NCBI GenBank assembly: GCA_045653425.1
Contig: JAZOLU010000008.1
Location: 5,975-69,974 of the forward strand
Direction of reading: 5' to 3'
DNA length: 64,000 bases
DNA from: Acutalibacteraceae bacterium
GTDB taxonomy: Bacteria; Bacillota; Clostridia; Oscillospirales; Acutalibacteraceae
This document shows positions 36,968 through 50,212 of the stretch, piece after piece. The notes below the pieces were generated by a model. It saw only the letters and a list, made by a program, of their open reading frames with translations. It did no database searches and was not told the DNA's origin. The translations under genes and the position numbers were made by a program. Every line of letters starts with the position of its first letter. The first letter of the stretch is position 1.

Positions 36968-38299
36968 ATGACATCGTTATGGACACAAACGGCAAAATTG
37001 CCGTCATTTTGGCCACTTACGCGTGATGAACGTACCGATGTACTGGTAATCGGTGGTGGAATGGCGGGGTTGCTCTGTGCTTTTCGGTTACAGCAAGCGG
37101 GGTTATCGGTAATTGTGGCGGAAGCCGGACGTTTGGCACAAGGAACAACAGCGGGTACGACTGCCAAATTGACGGTGCAACACGGTGGAAGCACCTATTC
37201 AACGCTGATTGAGAAACAGGGTGTGGAGTATGCCAAACGATATCGACAAGCACAAGAGCAAGCACTGGTATGGTTTGACGAATTGGCGGCGCGTTTTCCG
37301 TGCGATGCACAAACGGTGGATGCACTGCTATATACCCGTGAGGATGCGGAGGCACTGTGGCGTGAACAAACCGCTATTCGCCTTGTGGGCGGCGAGGCGG
37401 AACGCACGGAGCAACCGTTGCCGTTTCCGGTAAAGGGTGCTTTGCGACTGCCGCGACAACGGCAGTTTCATCCGTTAAAATTGTTGGCGGGTATTGCGGA
37501 GGAATTGACCGTGTATGAGCGTACGCGTATTGCGGAAGTGCAGGACAATATTGCCACTACCGAAGAGGGCGTAGCCATAACGGCCAAACACATTGTGGTG
37601 GCTACGCATTTTCCGTTTATTAACCGTCGCGGACTGTATCCGCTAAAACTGTATCAAAATCGGTCGTATGTGCTGGCACTCACGGGCGCGCCTCCGTTGC
37701 CGGCTATGTTGCTGGATGCCGCCGGCGACGGCTTGTTTTTACGACAGTATGGTGAGTATTTGCTAATGAGTGGGCTGGGACACCGCACCGGCACGTTAGG
37801 CGGTGGCTGGAAACCGCTGGAACGCGTGGCGCGGCAGTGGTTTCCCAAAGCGAGTGTGGCAGGACGATGGGCGGCGCAGGATTGTTGCACGGCAGATGAC
37901 GTAGCGTATGTGGGCGCGTATTCATCGCACACACCAACGTGGTCGGTAGCCAGCGGGTTTAACGGTTGGGGTATGAGCGGTTCGTTGGTAGCCGCCCAAG
38001 TGCTGACTAACCGCATACTGGGCAACGCCGAGCAAGCACACACACTGTTTTCACCGCAACGGCGCGTGCCAGCCGCGCCGTTGTGGGTAAACGCGGGGGA
38101 ATCGGTAAAAGGGTTGCTCACACCAACCGCACCGCGTTGCACGCATTTGGGGTGTGCTCTGCACTGGAATCCGTGGGAACACAGTTGGGATTGCGCTTGC
38201 CACGGCTCGCGTTTTGGGAGCGGCGGTCAATTGCTTCACGGGCCGGCAATGCGGGACTTGGTGCATCCGCCCAAACAAAAACAAGCGGGAGACGAGTAG
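36968..38299 (+). CDS. FAD-dependent oxidoreductase fused to a C-terminal Rieske [2Fe-2S] domain (YhfW-like)
   Basis: N-terminal DVLVIGGGMAGL dinucleotide fold. C-terminal Rieske motifs CTHLGC...CACHGSRF. Confidence 0.85.
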   Translation: MTSLWTQTAKLPSFWPLTRDERTDVLVIGGGMAGLLCAFRLQQAGLSVIVAEAGRLAQGTTAGTTAKLTVQHGGSTYSTLIEKQGVEYAKRYRQAQEQALVWFDELAARFPCDAQTVDALLYTREDAEALWREQTAIRLVGGEAERTEQPLPFPVKGALRLPRQRQFHPLKLLAGIAEELTVYERTRIAEVQDNIATTEEGVAITAKHIVVATHFPFINRRGLYPLKLYQNRSYVLALTGAPPLPAMLLDAAGDGLFLRQYGEYLLMSGLGHRTGTLGGGWKPLERVARQWFPKASVAGRWAAQDCCTADDVAYVGAYSSHTPTWSVASGFNGWGMSGSLVAAQVLTNRILGNAEQAHTLFSPQRRVPAAPLWVNAGESVKGLLTPTAPRCTHLGCALHWNPWEHSWDCACHGSRFGSGGQLLHGPAMRDLVHPPKQKQAGDE

Positions 38300-38310
38300 T
38301 CTCCCGCTTG
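38282..38310. terminator. Hairpin between convergent FAD genes
   Basis: An 11-bp stem caagcgggaga/tctcccgcttg whose loop contains the TAG stop of the Rieske-fusion gene. Confidence 0.6.
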
Positions 38311-38321
38311 TCGGCGTTGTG

Positions 38322-39725
38322 TTATACGCTTTCTTTTTGTGCAATTTTGCGGCCCATTAGTACGCCCATAACGGATGCCATCATTAACCCGCGAGTCCAA
38401 CCGCTGGAATCGCCCAAGCAATGCAAGCCATGCACGTTGGTGTTCAAATCGGTATCCATACGCACACGGTTGCTGTAAAATTTAAGTTCCGGCGAGTACA
38501 ACAACGTTTCGTACGAGGCAAAACCGGGTACCACGTGGTCTACCGCTTGGATAAAGTTGATAATGTTAATCATTGCACGGTAGGGCATGGCGGCGGTGAT
38601 GTCACCCGCCACCGCATCCGGCAAAGTCGGCTTTAAGTTGGATTGCGAGAGTTCCTTTTGCCAAGTGCGCTTACCATCTAAAATATCACCAAACCGTTGC
38701 ACCAAAATGTGGCCCGCGCCAAGCATATTGGTGAGTTCGCCCACCTTTTGCGCATAAGCAATGGGTTGGTTAAATGGTTCACTGAAATTGTGTGAACACA
38801 AAATGGCAAGGTTGGTGTTGTTGGATTTGAGTTCCTTGTACGAATGGCCGTTAACTACCGCCAAATCGTCATCGTAATTCTCCTGGCTGACAAAGCCGCC
38901 GGGGTTTTGGCAGAATGTGCGCACCTTGTTTTTGAACGGTTGCGGGTAACCGATAAGTTTGGATTCGTACAACGTTTTATTGACTTTTTCCATCACTTCG
39001 TTGCGCACTTCCACACGCACGCCGATATCCACCGTGCCGGGTTGGTGAGCAATGTTGTGTTCGGCACAAATTTTTTCCAACCAATCCGCGCCGCGGCGAC
39101 CGGTGGCAATCACGGTGTGGGTGGCGTAAATGTCAATATCCTGTTTGCCGTCGGTTACGGTAATGCCACGGCAACTTTGACCGTCCAAAAGCAGGTTGGA
39201 ACATTCGTAGCCGAATAACATTTCCACCCCGTGTTGCTGCAAGTGCTGTTGAATGGACAAATAAATACCTTGTGCTTTTTCCGTGCCCATATGGCGAATG
39301 GGGCAGTCCACCAACTTTAAGCCCGCTTGAATAGCGCGCTTGCGAATTTCCTTAACCTCTTCGGTGTTTTCCAGTCCTTCCACGTGTGTGTCGGCACCAA
39401 ATTGCAGATAGATATTGTCTGCATAATGAATGGTTTCTTGTACCAAATCTTCGCCGACCAGTGACGGCAGGTCGCCGCCAACTTCGTAACTTAGCGACAA
39501 TTTACCGTCGGAAAAGGCACCGGCACCGGAAAAACCGGTGGTGATGTGGCAGTACGGCTTACAGTTAACACAATGCCCCACCGTGGATTTGGGGCAACGT
39601 CGTTTTTCAATGGGTTGGCCTTTTTCCACAAGAACAATGCGTTGTTTGCTGCCGCAGTTGAGCATTTCCAACGCAGTAAAAATACCGGCAGGGCCGGCAC
39701 CGACAATGACAACATCCGTTTGCAT
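38322..39725 (-). CDS. NAD(P)/FAD-dependent oxidoreductase (uncharacterised FAD-dependent dehydrogenase, COG2509-like)
   Basis: N-terminal DVVIVGAGPAGIFTALEM Rossmann motif. Length about 467 aa. The C-terminal GDSSGWTRG motif is typical of this family. Confidence 0.8.
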   Translation of the reverse strand: MQTDVVIVGAGPAGIFTALEMLNCGSKQRIVLVEKGQPIEKRRCPKSTVGHCVNCKPYCHITTGFSGAGAFSDGKLSLSYEVGGDLPSLVGEDLVQETIHYADNIYLQFGADTHVEGLENTEEVKEIRKRAIQAGLKLVDCPIRHMGTEKAQGIYLSIQQHLQQHGVEMLFGYECSNLLLDGQSCRGITVTDGKQDIDIYATHTVIATGRRGADWLEKICAEHNIAHQPGTVDIGVRVEVRNEVMEKVNKTLYESKLIGYPQPFKNKVRTFCQNPGGFVSQENYDDDLAVVNGHSYKELKSNNTNLAILCSHNFSEPFNQPIAYAQKVGELTNMLGAGHILVQRFGDILDGKRTWQKELSQSNLKPTLPDAVAGDITAAMPYRAMINIINFIQAVDHVVPGFASYETLLYSPELKFYSNRVRMDTDLNTNVHGLHCLGDSSGWTRGLMMASVMGVLMGRKIAQKESV

Positions 39726-39769
39726 AGGGTAGACCCCTCCTAAACTATAATCCGCTTGACCAAAAAATT

Positions 39770-39798
39770 AATATACCGTAATTTCGTGGTTTTGTCAA
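39770..39798 (-). promoter_or_regulatory. SigA-type promoter for the FAD-dependent gene at 38322..39725
   Basis: Minus strand: TTGACA (39798-39793), a 17-nt spacer, then TATATT (39775-39770). Confidence 0.6.
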
Positions 39799-39820
39799 GA
39801 ATAATGCAGTGTATTACCCC

Positions 39821-39850
39821 TTGCACAGTGGTGTAAAAATGTGGTATACT
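39821..39850 (+). promoter_or_regulatory. SigA-type extended -10 promoter for the DUF951-prfA operon
   Basis: TTGCAC (39821-39826), an 18-nt spacer, then TGgTATACT (-10 at 39845-39850). Confidence 0.6.
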
Positions 39851-39886
39851 CAATTGTGTCAAAATACGGTACAGGAGGAAGTGCGT

Positions 39887-40072
39887 ATGGATATTCGCGT
39901 AAACGATGTACTGACAATGAAAAAAGCACACCCGTGCGGCGGCAATCGGTTTCGTGTATTGCGTATCGGTATGGATTTCCGCCTGCGGTGCGAATTGTGC
40001 GGGCACGAAATTATGGTGCCGCGTATCCGTACCGAAAAACACATACGTGCCGTGGAGCGCGCAGAGGAGTAG
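39887..40072 (+). CDS. DUF951 family small protein
   Basis: MDIRVNDVLTMKKAHPCGGNRFRVLRIGMDFRLRCELCGHEIMVPR matches the DUF951 pattern. RBS CAGGAGGAAG lies upstream. Confidence 0.8.
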   Translation: MDIRVNDVLTMKKAHPCGGNRFRVLRIGMDFRLRCELCGHEIMVPRIRTEKHIRAVERAEE

Positions 40073-40108
40073 CGACTTTTTCCATAATTGAACCGAGGAG
40101 GAAAAAGT

Positions 40109-41209
40109 ATGTTACAACGACTGAGCGAAGTGGAAAAACGCTACGAGGAATTGATGGCGCGATTGTGCGACCCATCGGTTGTTTCGCAAGCAGAAACTTA
40201 CCGCACTTTGATGAAAGAAAGCAGTGAGTTGGAGCCGGTGGTAACGGCGTATCGCGCCTATGCTTGCGCTTGCAAACGCGAGCAAGAGGCAAAGGAATTG
40301 CTTGCGGGCGGCGGGCTGGACCGGGAACTTAGGGAATTGGCGGAAGAAGAATTGGCAGACAGCCGCGCGACAGTGGAACAGTTAACCGAAGAACTGCGTG
40401 TGTTGTTGCTCCCGCGCGACCCTAACGACAGCCGCAATGTGATTTTGGAAATTCGTGCCGGTGCGGGTGGCGAGGAATCGGCATTGTTTGCCGGCAGTTT
40501 GTTGCGGATGTACACACTGTATGCGCAAACGCAGGGGTATCGTCTGGAAGTGGTAAACGCCAACGAAACGGAACTCGGCGGTTACAAAGAAGTGAGTTGT
40601 ACCGTGACCGGAGATGGGGCATACAGCCGTTTGAAGTTTGAAAGTGGGGTGCACCGCGTTCAGCGCGTGCCGGAAACCGAAACCGGCGGGCGAATTCACA
40701 CCTCCACCGCCACGGTGGCGGTACTGCCGGAGGCGGAGGAAGTGGAACTGACCATTGCGCCCACCGATTTGCAAATTGACACCTACCGTTCCAGCGGTGC
40801 GGGCGGTCAGCATATTAACAAAACGGAATCCGCCATTCGCATTACCCACCTGCCCACGGGTATGGTGGTGGAATGTCAGGATGAACGGAGCCAGCATAAA
40901 AACAAAGAAAAAGCCATGCGAGTGTTGCGAGCTCGTCTGTTTGAGCAATTGCAAAATGAGCAGCAATCTGCCATTGCCGCCGACCGCCGCGCACAGGTGG
41001 GAACCGGCGACCGCAGCGAGCGAATTCGCACTTACAATTTTCCACAGGGGCGGGTAACCGACCACCGCATTGGGTTAACCTTGTACAAACTGGATTCGGT
41101 GCTGAACGGTGCGTTGGATGAGGTAGTGGATGCGCTCATCACCGCCGACCGTGCCGAAAAACTGCAAAGAGGGCAAACGTATGCAAACAAAGCATTTGAC
41201 AGCGAGTGA
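40109..41209 (+). CDS. prfA: Peptide chain release factor 1
   Basis: RF1-type tripeptide PET in [17 protein letters not shown], and the GGQ motif in [15 protein letters not shown]. Confidence 0.95.
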   Translation: MLQRLSEVEKRYEELMARLCDPSVVSQAETYRTLMKESSELEPVVTAYRAYACACKREQEAKELLAGGGLDRELRELAEEELADSRATVEQLTEELRVLLLPRDPNDSRNVILEIRAGAGGEESALFAGSLLRMYTLYAQTQGYRLEVVNANETELGGYKEVSCTVTGDGAYSRLKFESGVHRVQRVPETETGGRIHTSTATVAVLPEAEEVELTIAPTDLQIDTYRSSGAGGQHINKTESAIRITHLPTGMVVECQDERSQHKNKEKAMRVLRARLFEQLQNEQQSAIAADRRAQVGTGDRSERIRTYNFPQGRVTDHRIGLTLYKLDSVLNGALDEVVDALITADRAEKLQRGQTYANKAFDSE

Positions 41210-42197
41210 AGAGGATATACGTACCGCCGCGGCGTTGTTGTCCGCGGGGGAATTGGTTGCTATTCCCACCGAAACGGTATACGGCTTGGCGGCAGATGCC
41301 CGCAACGGCGCAGCGGTGGCTTCCATTTTTCGCGCCAAGGGTCGTCCCGCGGATAATCCGCTGATTGTACATATTGCGCAGTGGGAGCAACTTAACGGCT
41401 TGGTGCGTGATATCCCGCCGGTGGCACGCGCGTTGGCGCAAGCATTTTGGCCGGGGCCGCTAACTATGATTTTTAACAAAGCCCACGACGTTCCGGGCGA
41501 AGTTACGGCGGGTTTATCCACGGTGGCAGTGCGTATGCCGTCGCATCCGGTAGCGCGACGCATTATTGAACTTTCTTGCCCACTCGCGGCACCTTCTGCC
41601 AACCGTTCCGGCAGTCCCAGCCCTACGGATGCACACCGCGTGGCACAGGATATGGACGGGCGCATTGCCGCGGTGGTGGATGCCGGTGCGTGTGATGTCG
41701 GCGTGGAGTCCACGGTAGTTACGGTAACGGATAATCGCGTGCGGGTGTTGCGTCCGGGCGCGGTAACGGTGGAAATGATGCAAGCGGTTGTTGGTGCGGT
41801 GGAAGTGGATGCCGCCGTGTTGCAACCCTTGGGCGACGGGGCGCAGGCCGCTTCCCCCGGTATGAAATACAAACATTACGCCCCGCAAGCGCGGGTGATA
41901 CTGGTGCGCGGCACGGCGGATGCGTACCGTCGTTATGTGAACAAAAATGCTGCGGATGGCGTGATGGCACTGTGCTTTGACGGCGAGGAAACGGGGCTGG
42001 ATGTGCCGTACCTCACTTATGGACGGCGGGACGATGCCGCCTCGCAAGCGCGACGCGTGTTTGAAGCATTGCGCCGGTTGGATGAACGCGGCGCAACCGT
42101 GGCGTATACGGCGTGCCCCACGCCCGAAGGAATTGGGTTGGCGGTGTATAACCGTTTGTTGCGCGCGGCGGGATTTGAGGTGATTATGCTTGACTAA
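41181..42197 (+). CDS. tsaC: L-threonylcarbamoyladenylate synthase (Sua5/YwlC/TsaC, long form)
   Basis: The YrdC domain motifs [22 protein letters not shown] and [13 protein letters not shown], plus the C-terminal Sua5 domain. It overlaps the prfA 3' end by 29 nt. Confidence 0.9.
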   Translation: MQTKHLTASEEDIRTAAALLSAGELVAIPTETVYGLAADARNGAAVASIFRAKGRPADNPLIVHIAQWEQLNGLVRDIPPVARALAQAFWPGPLTMIFNKAHDVPGEVTAGLSTVAVRMPSHPVARRIIELSCPLAAPSANRSGSPSPTDAHRVAQDMDGRIAAVVDAGACDVGVESTVVTVTDNRVRVLRPGAVTVEMMQAVVGAVEVDAAVLQPLGDGAQAASPGMKYKHYAPQARVILVRGTADAYRRYVNKNAADGVMALCFDGEETGLDVPYLTYGRRDDAASQARRVFEALRRLDERGATVAYTACPTPEGIGLAVYNRLLRAAGFEVIMLD

Positions 42198-42792
42198 CAC
42201 GTTGGTAATCGGGTTAACCGGTTCAACCGGTGCCGGCAAAAGCACGGTATCGCGTATGCTTTTGGCAGATGGCTTTTACGTGATAGATGCCGATGCCTTG
42301 GCGCGGGAGGCAGTCGCTCCCGGTTCGCCGTGCTTGCGTGCCATTGCGGAGCAATTTTCGTCGGCGGTGCTCAATAAGGATGGCTCGCTCAACCGTGCGG
42401 CGTTGGCACAAATGGCGTTTGCCACACCCGCCGCCACGGAAGCGTTAAATGCCATTGTACATCCTACCGTAATTGCTATGATGAACGAGCGGCTGGCGGC
42501 CGCCCAAAAGCGGGGGGAACGCACGGTGCTGTTGGATGTCCCGTTACTGTTTCAAACACATACAGAATCACTGTGCGACAGTACACTTGCCATTACCGCG
42601 CCGCCGTCGGTGCGGTGTGCGCGCATTTGCGAACGGGACGGGCTCACGCCCGCGCAGGCTTTGGCGCGTATGAACGCTCAACCGCCCGATTCGTATTACG
42701 CCGAGCGGGCAACTCACACGTTGGAAAACACCGGTGATGTATCGGCACTGCGCAAAGCGGTGGACGATTGGCGTCGCAGCATAGGGAGGTAA
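42190..42792 (+). CDS. coaE: Dephospho-CoA kinase
   Basis: IGLTGSTGAGKSTV P-loop and VDVPLLFQ motif. TTG start overlapping the tsaC stop. Confidence 0.9.
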   Translation: MTNTLVIGLTGSTGAGKSTVSRMLLADGFYVIDADALAREAVAPGSPCLRAIAEQFSSAVLNKDGSLNRAALAQMAFATPAATEALNAIVHPTVIAMMNERLAAAQKRGERTVLLDVPLLFQTHTESLCDSTLAITAPPSVRCARICERDGLTPAQALARMNAQPPDSYYAERATHTLENTGDVSALRKAVDDWRRSIGR

Positions 42793-42796
42793 CGGT

Positions 42797-43381
42797 TTGA
42801 CCAAACGAGTAAAGCAATGGCTGTGGTGGCTTTTGTTGGCGGTGGTTGCGTTGGCAGTAGCGGTAGGGCTATTTCGCTGGGGGTATGACACCTATTTAAA
42901 GGCGGCATACCCGCTGGAATATGAGGACTATGTCGCCGCTTCTGCCGCGGAATACGATTTGCCGCCCACGCTGGTATATGCGGTTATTCATACCGAAAGC
43001 CATTTTGACCCGAATGCGGTTTCTTCGGCGGGTGCTAAGGGATTAATGCAGTTAATGGATGCCACATACGAATGGATACAAACCCAAATGACGGGCGAAA
43101 CACAGCCATCGGAACGTATTTACGACCCGCAAGTGAACATCCGTTGCGGGTGTCGGGTGCTGGATGTTTTAATGAGCCAGTTTGACAACACGGAAACCGC
43201 GCTGGCGGCGTATAACGCGGGAAGCGGCAACGTGTCCAAATGGTTGAAAAACCCAGAGTATTCCGATGACGGCGTTACCTTAAAAGAAATTCCCGTCCGG
43301 GAAACGCGCAACTATGTAAAACGCGTGTTAAAAGCGTGGGAACGGTATCAAACTATATACGAATGGGAAACGGAGGAATAA
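42797..43381 (+). CDS. Lytic transglycosylase (SLT domain), membrane-anchored
   Basis: N-terminal TM anchor, with catalytic IHTESHFDPNAVSSAGAKGLMQLM and AYNAGSGNV motifs. Confidence 0.88.
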   Translation: MTKRVKQWLWWLLLAVVALAVAVGLFRWGYDTYLKAAYPLEYEDYVAASAAEYDLPPTLVYAVIHTESHFDPNAVSSAGAKGLMQLMDATYEWIQTQMTGETQPSERIYDPQVNIRCGCRVLDVLMSQFDNTETALAAYNAGSGNVSKWLKNPEYSDDGVTLKEIPVRETRNYVKRVLKAWERYQTIYEWETEE

Positions 43382-43384
43382 TGT

Positions 43385-44797
43385 ATGGCAGAAAAAAGTC
43401 AGAACGAGGCATTGCGTGAGCAACTACTGTACCAACCGAAAAGTGCGTATCGGGTGGTGTCGGATGATGAATTGCGTGAGGCAGAGACCTACTGTGAAGG
43501 GTACAAGCATTTTTTGGATGCTGCAAAAATTGAGCGCGAAGCCGTAACCGAGGCAATCCGCTTGGCGGAGGAACAGGGCTTTGTTCCGTTTGACCGGCAC
43601 AGTACACTGAAAGCGGGCGACCGTGTTTATGTGAACAACCGCGGTAAGGCATTGATTTTGGCGGTTATCGGAGAAAAATCCATTGAGGAGGGCATCTCCA
43701 TTGCCGCGGCACACATTGACTCGCCCCGTTTGGATTTGAAACCCAATCCGTTGTACGAGGACCACGAATTGGCGTATTTTGACACGCACTACTACGGCGG
43801 CACTAAAAAGTACCAGTGGACGGCGGTGCCGCTCGCGTTGCACGGCGTGGTTGTGCGGCAGGATGGCACCCGCGTGAACATTGTTATTGGCGAGGCGGCG
43901 GAGGACCCTGTGTTCTGCGTGACCGACTTGTTGCCGCATTTGGGTGCCAATCAAATGAAAAAGACCGCCGCCGAGGTGATTGACGGCGAAAATTTGAACA
44001 TTCTTATCGGTTCGCGCCCGCTGTGCGATGACGAGGGCGGCGATGCCGTAAAACTCAACATTTTGCGTATTCTTTCCGAAAAATACGGTATTACAGAACG
44101 TGATTTTCTTTCTGCCGAATTGGAAATGGTACCGGCGTTTGGTGCGCGTGACGTGGGGTTGGACCGTAGTCTTATTGGCGCATACGGACACGATGACCGC
44201 GTGTGTGCCTATCCGGCACTTACTGCCCTGTTTGCCTTAAAACAACCGGCGTATACCGCTGTAACGGTGCTGGCGGATAAAGAGGAAACCGGCTCGGAGG
44301 GCAACACCGGTATGCAATCCGCCTTTTTGAAGTATTTTGTGGAGGATTTGGCGGCCGCATTTGGTGTGGAGGGTCGTCACGTTCTCAGCCGCTCGCTGTG
44401 CTTGTCGGCGGATGTGAATGTGGCGTTTGACCCCATTTACCCCGAGGTGGTAGAAGCGCGCAACTGCGCGGTGCTCAATCGCGGTGTGGTGTTAACAAAA
44501 TACACCGGTTCACGCGGCAAATCCGACACAAGCGATGCCTCGGCGGAGTTAATGGGCTTTTTCCGCCGTGTTATGGAGCAAAACGACGTTTTGTGGCAAA
44601 TTGGGGAACTGGGCCGCGTAGACGTAGGCGGTGGTGGTACGGTGGCAAAGTATATTGCCGACCTTAACGTAGATACCGTGGATTTGGGCGTGCCGGTGCT
44701 TTCTATGCACGCGCCGTTTGAAGTGGTGGCAAAGCCGGATGTATATATGGCTCATAAGGCATTTTTCGCCTTGCTTTCGCGCGGGGAATCCCTGTAA
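43385..44797 (+). CDS. M18-family aminopeptidase
   Basis: About 470 aa, with AAHIDSPRLDLKP, GHDDRVCAY, DKEETGSEG and SMHAPFE motifs typical of aminopeptidase I/M18. Confidence 0.88.
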   Translation: MAEKSQNEALREQLLYQPKSAYRVVSDDELREAETYCEGYKHFLDAAKIEREAVTEAIRLAEEQGFVPFDRHSTLKAGDRVYVNNRGKALILAVIGEKSIEEGISIAAAHIDSPRLDLKPNPLYEDHELAYFDTHYYGGTKKYQWTAVPLALHGVVVRQDGTRVNIVIGEAAEDPVFCVTDLLPHLGANQMKKTAAEVIDGENLNILIGSRPLCDDEGGDAVKLNILRILSEKYGITERDFLSAELEMVPAFGARDVGLDRSLIGAYGHDDRVCAYPALTALFALKQPAYTAVTVLADKEETGSEGNTGMQSAFLKYFVEDLAAAFGVEGRHVLSRSLCLSADVNVAFDPIYPEVVEARNCAVLNRGVVLTKYTGSRGKSDTSDASAELMGFFRRVMEQNDVLWQIGELGRVDVGGGGTVAKYIADLNVDTVDLGVPVLSMHAPFEVVAKPDVYMAHKAFFALLSRGESL

Positions 44798-44818
44798 TCT
44801 ACACGAACCGAACAAGCC

Positions 44819-44864
44819 AAGACCTCATAGGATGGAACAAACCATCCTATGGGGTCTTTTTTTA
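44819..44864 (+). terminator. Intrinsic terminator after the M18 aminopeptidase gene
   Basis: A 15-bp stem gacctcataggatgg/ccatcctatggggtc with a 6-nt loop, followed by TTTTTTTAT. Confidence 0.85.
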
Positions 44865-44892
44865 TGGCGATTCGGCGAAAAGGAGGAGTTGT

Positions 44893-45777
44893 ATGAAAAC
44901 TGTGGAAACGTTTGCCGTTATCGGCGGGGATTTACGGTCGGCATATTTGGCGGGGGCCTTGGCGGCTGAGGGGTTTCGGGTGATTAGTTCCGGTTTTGAC
45001 GGCACCGAACTCCCGCCGTGTGTCACGGCGTGTACCAACCCGGTGCAAGCCATTCCGCTGGCAGATTGTGTCATTTTGCCATTACCCGTAACCACCGACG
45101 GCGTGAATGTTAACGCGCCGTTTTCGCGCACACCCATTCCGTTAGAAACGGTTTTGCAGGCGGTGCGCGAGGAGCAGTTGTTGTTGGGCGGTCAGGTGAG
45201 TGATACCTTACACCGCGCCGCGGCATTGCGCGGGTTAACGGTGGCAGATTACTTTTCTCGCGAGGAGTTGGCGGTACTTAACGCCGTTCCCACGGCGGAG
45301 GGAGCTATCCAACTGGCTATGGAGGAGTTACCCATAACGTTAGCGGGGTCGCGGTGTTTAATTACCGGTTACGGACGCTGTGCGCGCGTTTTGGCACGCT
45401 TGTTACGGGCACTGGACGCACACGTAACCGTGGCGGCTCGTCGTTGTTCCGACCGTGCGTGGGCGGCGGCTCAGGGGTGCAAAGCTATGGAATTAACGGC
45501 GCTTAGCGGCAAAGAACAATACGATGTTATTTTTAACACCGTACCGCACCGCATTTTCACCAAAGAGGTGTTGGAAAAGCTGGATGGCGGCACGTTGCTG
45601 ATTGATTTGGCATCACGTCCCGGCGGGGTAGATTTTAACGCCGCGGCGCAATTACGTCTCAAAACCGTTTGGGCGTTGTCGTTGCCGGGGCGTGTGGCTC
45701 CCAAAACCGCGGGCGAAATTATTAAGCAGACCATTGTGAATATGATTAAGGAGGAACCGACGTGGATACTAAAATAG
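44893..45777 (+). CDS. dpaA: Dipicolinate synthase subunit A
   Basis: SpoVFA-like: N-terminal FAVIGGDLR and a central NAD-binding ITGYGRCAR segment. It is followed by an overlapping dpaB. Confidence 0.88.
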   Translation: MKTVETFAVIGGDLRSAYLAGALAAEGFRVISSGFDGTELPPCVTACTNPVQAIPLADCVILPLPVTTDGVNVNAPFSRTPIPLETVLQAVREEQLLLGGQVSDTLHRAAALRGLTVADYFSREELAVLNAVPTAEGAIQLAMEELPITLAGSRCLITGYGRCARVLARLLRALDAHVTVAARRCSDRAWAAAQGCKAMELTALSGKEQYDVIFNTVPHRIFTKEVLEKLDGGTLLIDLASRPGGVDFNAAAQLRLKTVWALSLPGRVAPKTAGEIIKQTIVNMIKEEPTWILK

Positions 45778-46327
45778 GGTTTGCACTGTGTGGCTCATTT
45801 TGTACGTTCCACCGCGCATTGGAGCAAATGGAAACTCTCACCGCGGAGGGAATGTCGGTAACACCGATATTGTCGTTTTGTGCGGCTACCACCGACACCC
45901 GTTTTGGCACGGCTGCGGGGTGGCTTGAGCGGTTTCGAAAGGTAACCGGTAACGAACCGTTACTTACGTTGACCGAAGTGGAACCCATTGGCCCCAAAGG
46001 GTATTTTGACGTACTGGTGGTGGCACCGTGTACCGGCAGTACGCTGGGGCGGTTGGCAAACGGTATTAGTGATACGCCGGTGGCATTGGCGGTAAAATCA
46101 CAGTTGCGCCGCAATCGCCCTGTGGTTATTGCGGTATCCACCAACGATGCCTTGGGATTTTCAATGCGTAACATTGCCTTGCTTAAAAATAGCAAAAATT
46201 TGTATTTTGTACCGATGTCACAAGACGATGCCACTAACAAGCCCAATTCGTTGGTGGCGGATTTTACCAGACTTTCCTCAGCCATTCACGCGGCGCAGGT
46301 GGGAGTTCAACTGCAGCCGTTGTTTGA

Positions 46328-46331
<4 letters not shown>
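45762..46331 (+). CDS. dpaB: Dipicolinate synthase subunit B
   Basis: SpoVFB-like flavoprotein fold with IGFALCGSFCTF and VAPCTGSTLGRLANGISDTP. Confidence 0.9.
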
Positions 46332-49043
<2,712 letters not shown>

Positions 49044-49049
49044 TAGAAT

Positions 49050-49080
49050 ACCGCGCCGACCTACCACAGGTCGGCGCGGT
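49050..49080. terminator. Bidirectional terminator between ligA and the DUF47-like gene
   Basis: An 11-bp GC-rich stem accgcgccgac/gtcggcgcggt. Confidence 0.7.
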
Positions 49081-49081
49081 G

Positions 49082-49624
49082 TTATGTTTGTTTAAGGAGT
49101 ATCACACGCAGGGTGTTTGCTGCCGCAAGACATACGCTGGACAAACCGTGTAACGCGGTATGATACGGCTCCTCGGTGACAATGGCGTCGGCACGCAAAT
49201 GCTCAAATTCCAGTGCCGCCAGCGATTTTAGCACGGTGGCGGTGCGGGGATACGTATGCAAGGACTTTAACACCGCTTCCCAGTGCTCGCATTGCGCAGT
49301 CACGGCGCTAAGCAGCGGTGTTGCGCTTTCCGGTAACGCAGTTAACCCATAGCGGTGCAGAGTGAGCAGCACGTCCTCGGCGGCGCGGGTAACCGACTCG
49401 GCGCATTGGCGCAACAACAGCAAATCTTCTCGGTCAAACGGGGTGATAAAAGCGTGGCGTAGTTCTTCAAAGGTGGCCTGCATTGCTAGGGCGGCGGTGT
49501 GGCGGCGCAGGTGTACTTCACGCACGGTACGCTCGGTTACGGCACGCCGTTGCCGCAAATGTTGCAATACGTCTTGTGTTTGTTGCGAACTGCGGTAACA
49601 CTGTTCAAAAAGAATATATCCCAT
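49082..49624 (-). CDS. DUF47/PhoU-like helical protein (weak assignment)
   Basis: An all-helical protein of about 180 aa with an ITPFDREDLLLL motif reminiscent of DUF47 (YkaA-like). The ATG at 49624 is preceded by GGGGGTG. No phosphate transporter gene is adjacent. Confidence 0.5.
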   Translation of the reverse strand: MGYILFEQCYRSSQQTQDVLQHLRQRRAVTERTVREVHLRRHTAALAMQATFEELRHAFITPFDREDLLLLRQCAESVTRAAEDVLLTLHRYGLTALPESATPLLSAVTAQCEHWEAVLKSLHTYPRTATVLKSLAALEFEHLRADAIVTEEPYHTALHGLSSVCLAAANTLRVILLKQT

Positions 49625-49795
49625 AACGGCACCCCCGAAACAACTATATCGGTGTGCCGCTTTTTTTATGACAAGCCGCGGGGGACGAGCATACATTAAC
49701 AATATAAGGGGTGTGAATTACGGTGTGGCCGGATTAGAACGCCGCTGTTCGGGGTACACTAGTGGTGCAAACAGAGAAGGAAAGGGTCGAGAGAT

Positions 49796-50170
49796 ATGCA
49801 TACAGTTCGTCGCGGCGATATTTATTATGCGGATTTAAGCCCGGTGGTGGGCTCAGAGCAGGGCGGGATTCGTCCGGTGCTGATTGTGCAAAACGATGTA
49901 GGGAATCGGTTTAGCCCCACGGTGATTGCCGCCGCCATTACCAGCCAAAAGGATAAAGCGCGACTCCCCACGCATATTCAGGTGAATTCCGCCGATAGCG
50001 GCCTAACAAAAGATTCCATTGTGTTGCTGGAACAAATTCGAACCATTGACAAGCGACGGTTAAAGGAACATATGGGCCGCTTGGACGATTATTTTATGAA
50101 TCGCATTGACCAGGCATTGCAAATTAGTTTTGGGTTGGGGACGGATAACACGCATCCGCGCGTTCCGTGA
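49796..50170 (+). CDS. mazF: MazF/PemK-family endoribonuclease toxin (EndoA/NdoA-like)
   Basis: [46 protein letters not shown]...[13 protein letters not shown] closely parallels B. subtilis EndoA (NdoA). Confidence 0.92.
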   Translation: MHTVRRGDIYYADLSPVVGSEQGGIRPVLIVQNDVGNRFSPTVIAAAITSQKDKARLPTHIQVNSADSGLTKDSIVLLEQIRTIDKRRLKEHMGRLDDYFMNRIDQALQISFGLGTDNTHPRVP

Positions 50171-50182
50171 ACCCGTTGTAGT

Positions 50183-50212
50183 TACCGTCGCCGGCCGGCG
50201 ACGGTATTTTAC
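50183..50212 (+). terminator. Intrinsic terminator after mazF
   Basis: Palindrome taccgtcgccgg/ccggcgacggta followed by TTTTAC. Confidence 0.65.

Noticed and set aside
49668-49832. A short ORF of roughly 54 codons upstream of and overlapping mazF, considered as a possible antitoxin.
   Set aside because: It has no RBS, overlaps mazF by more than 30 nt out of frame, shares DNA with the divergent DUF47 promoter region, and its sequence has no RHH/AbrB/MazE-like features.
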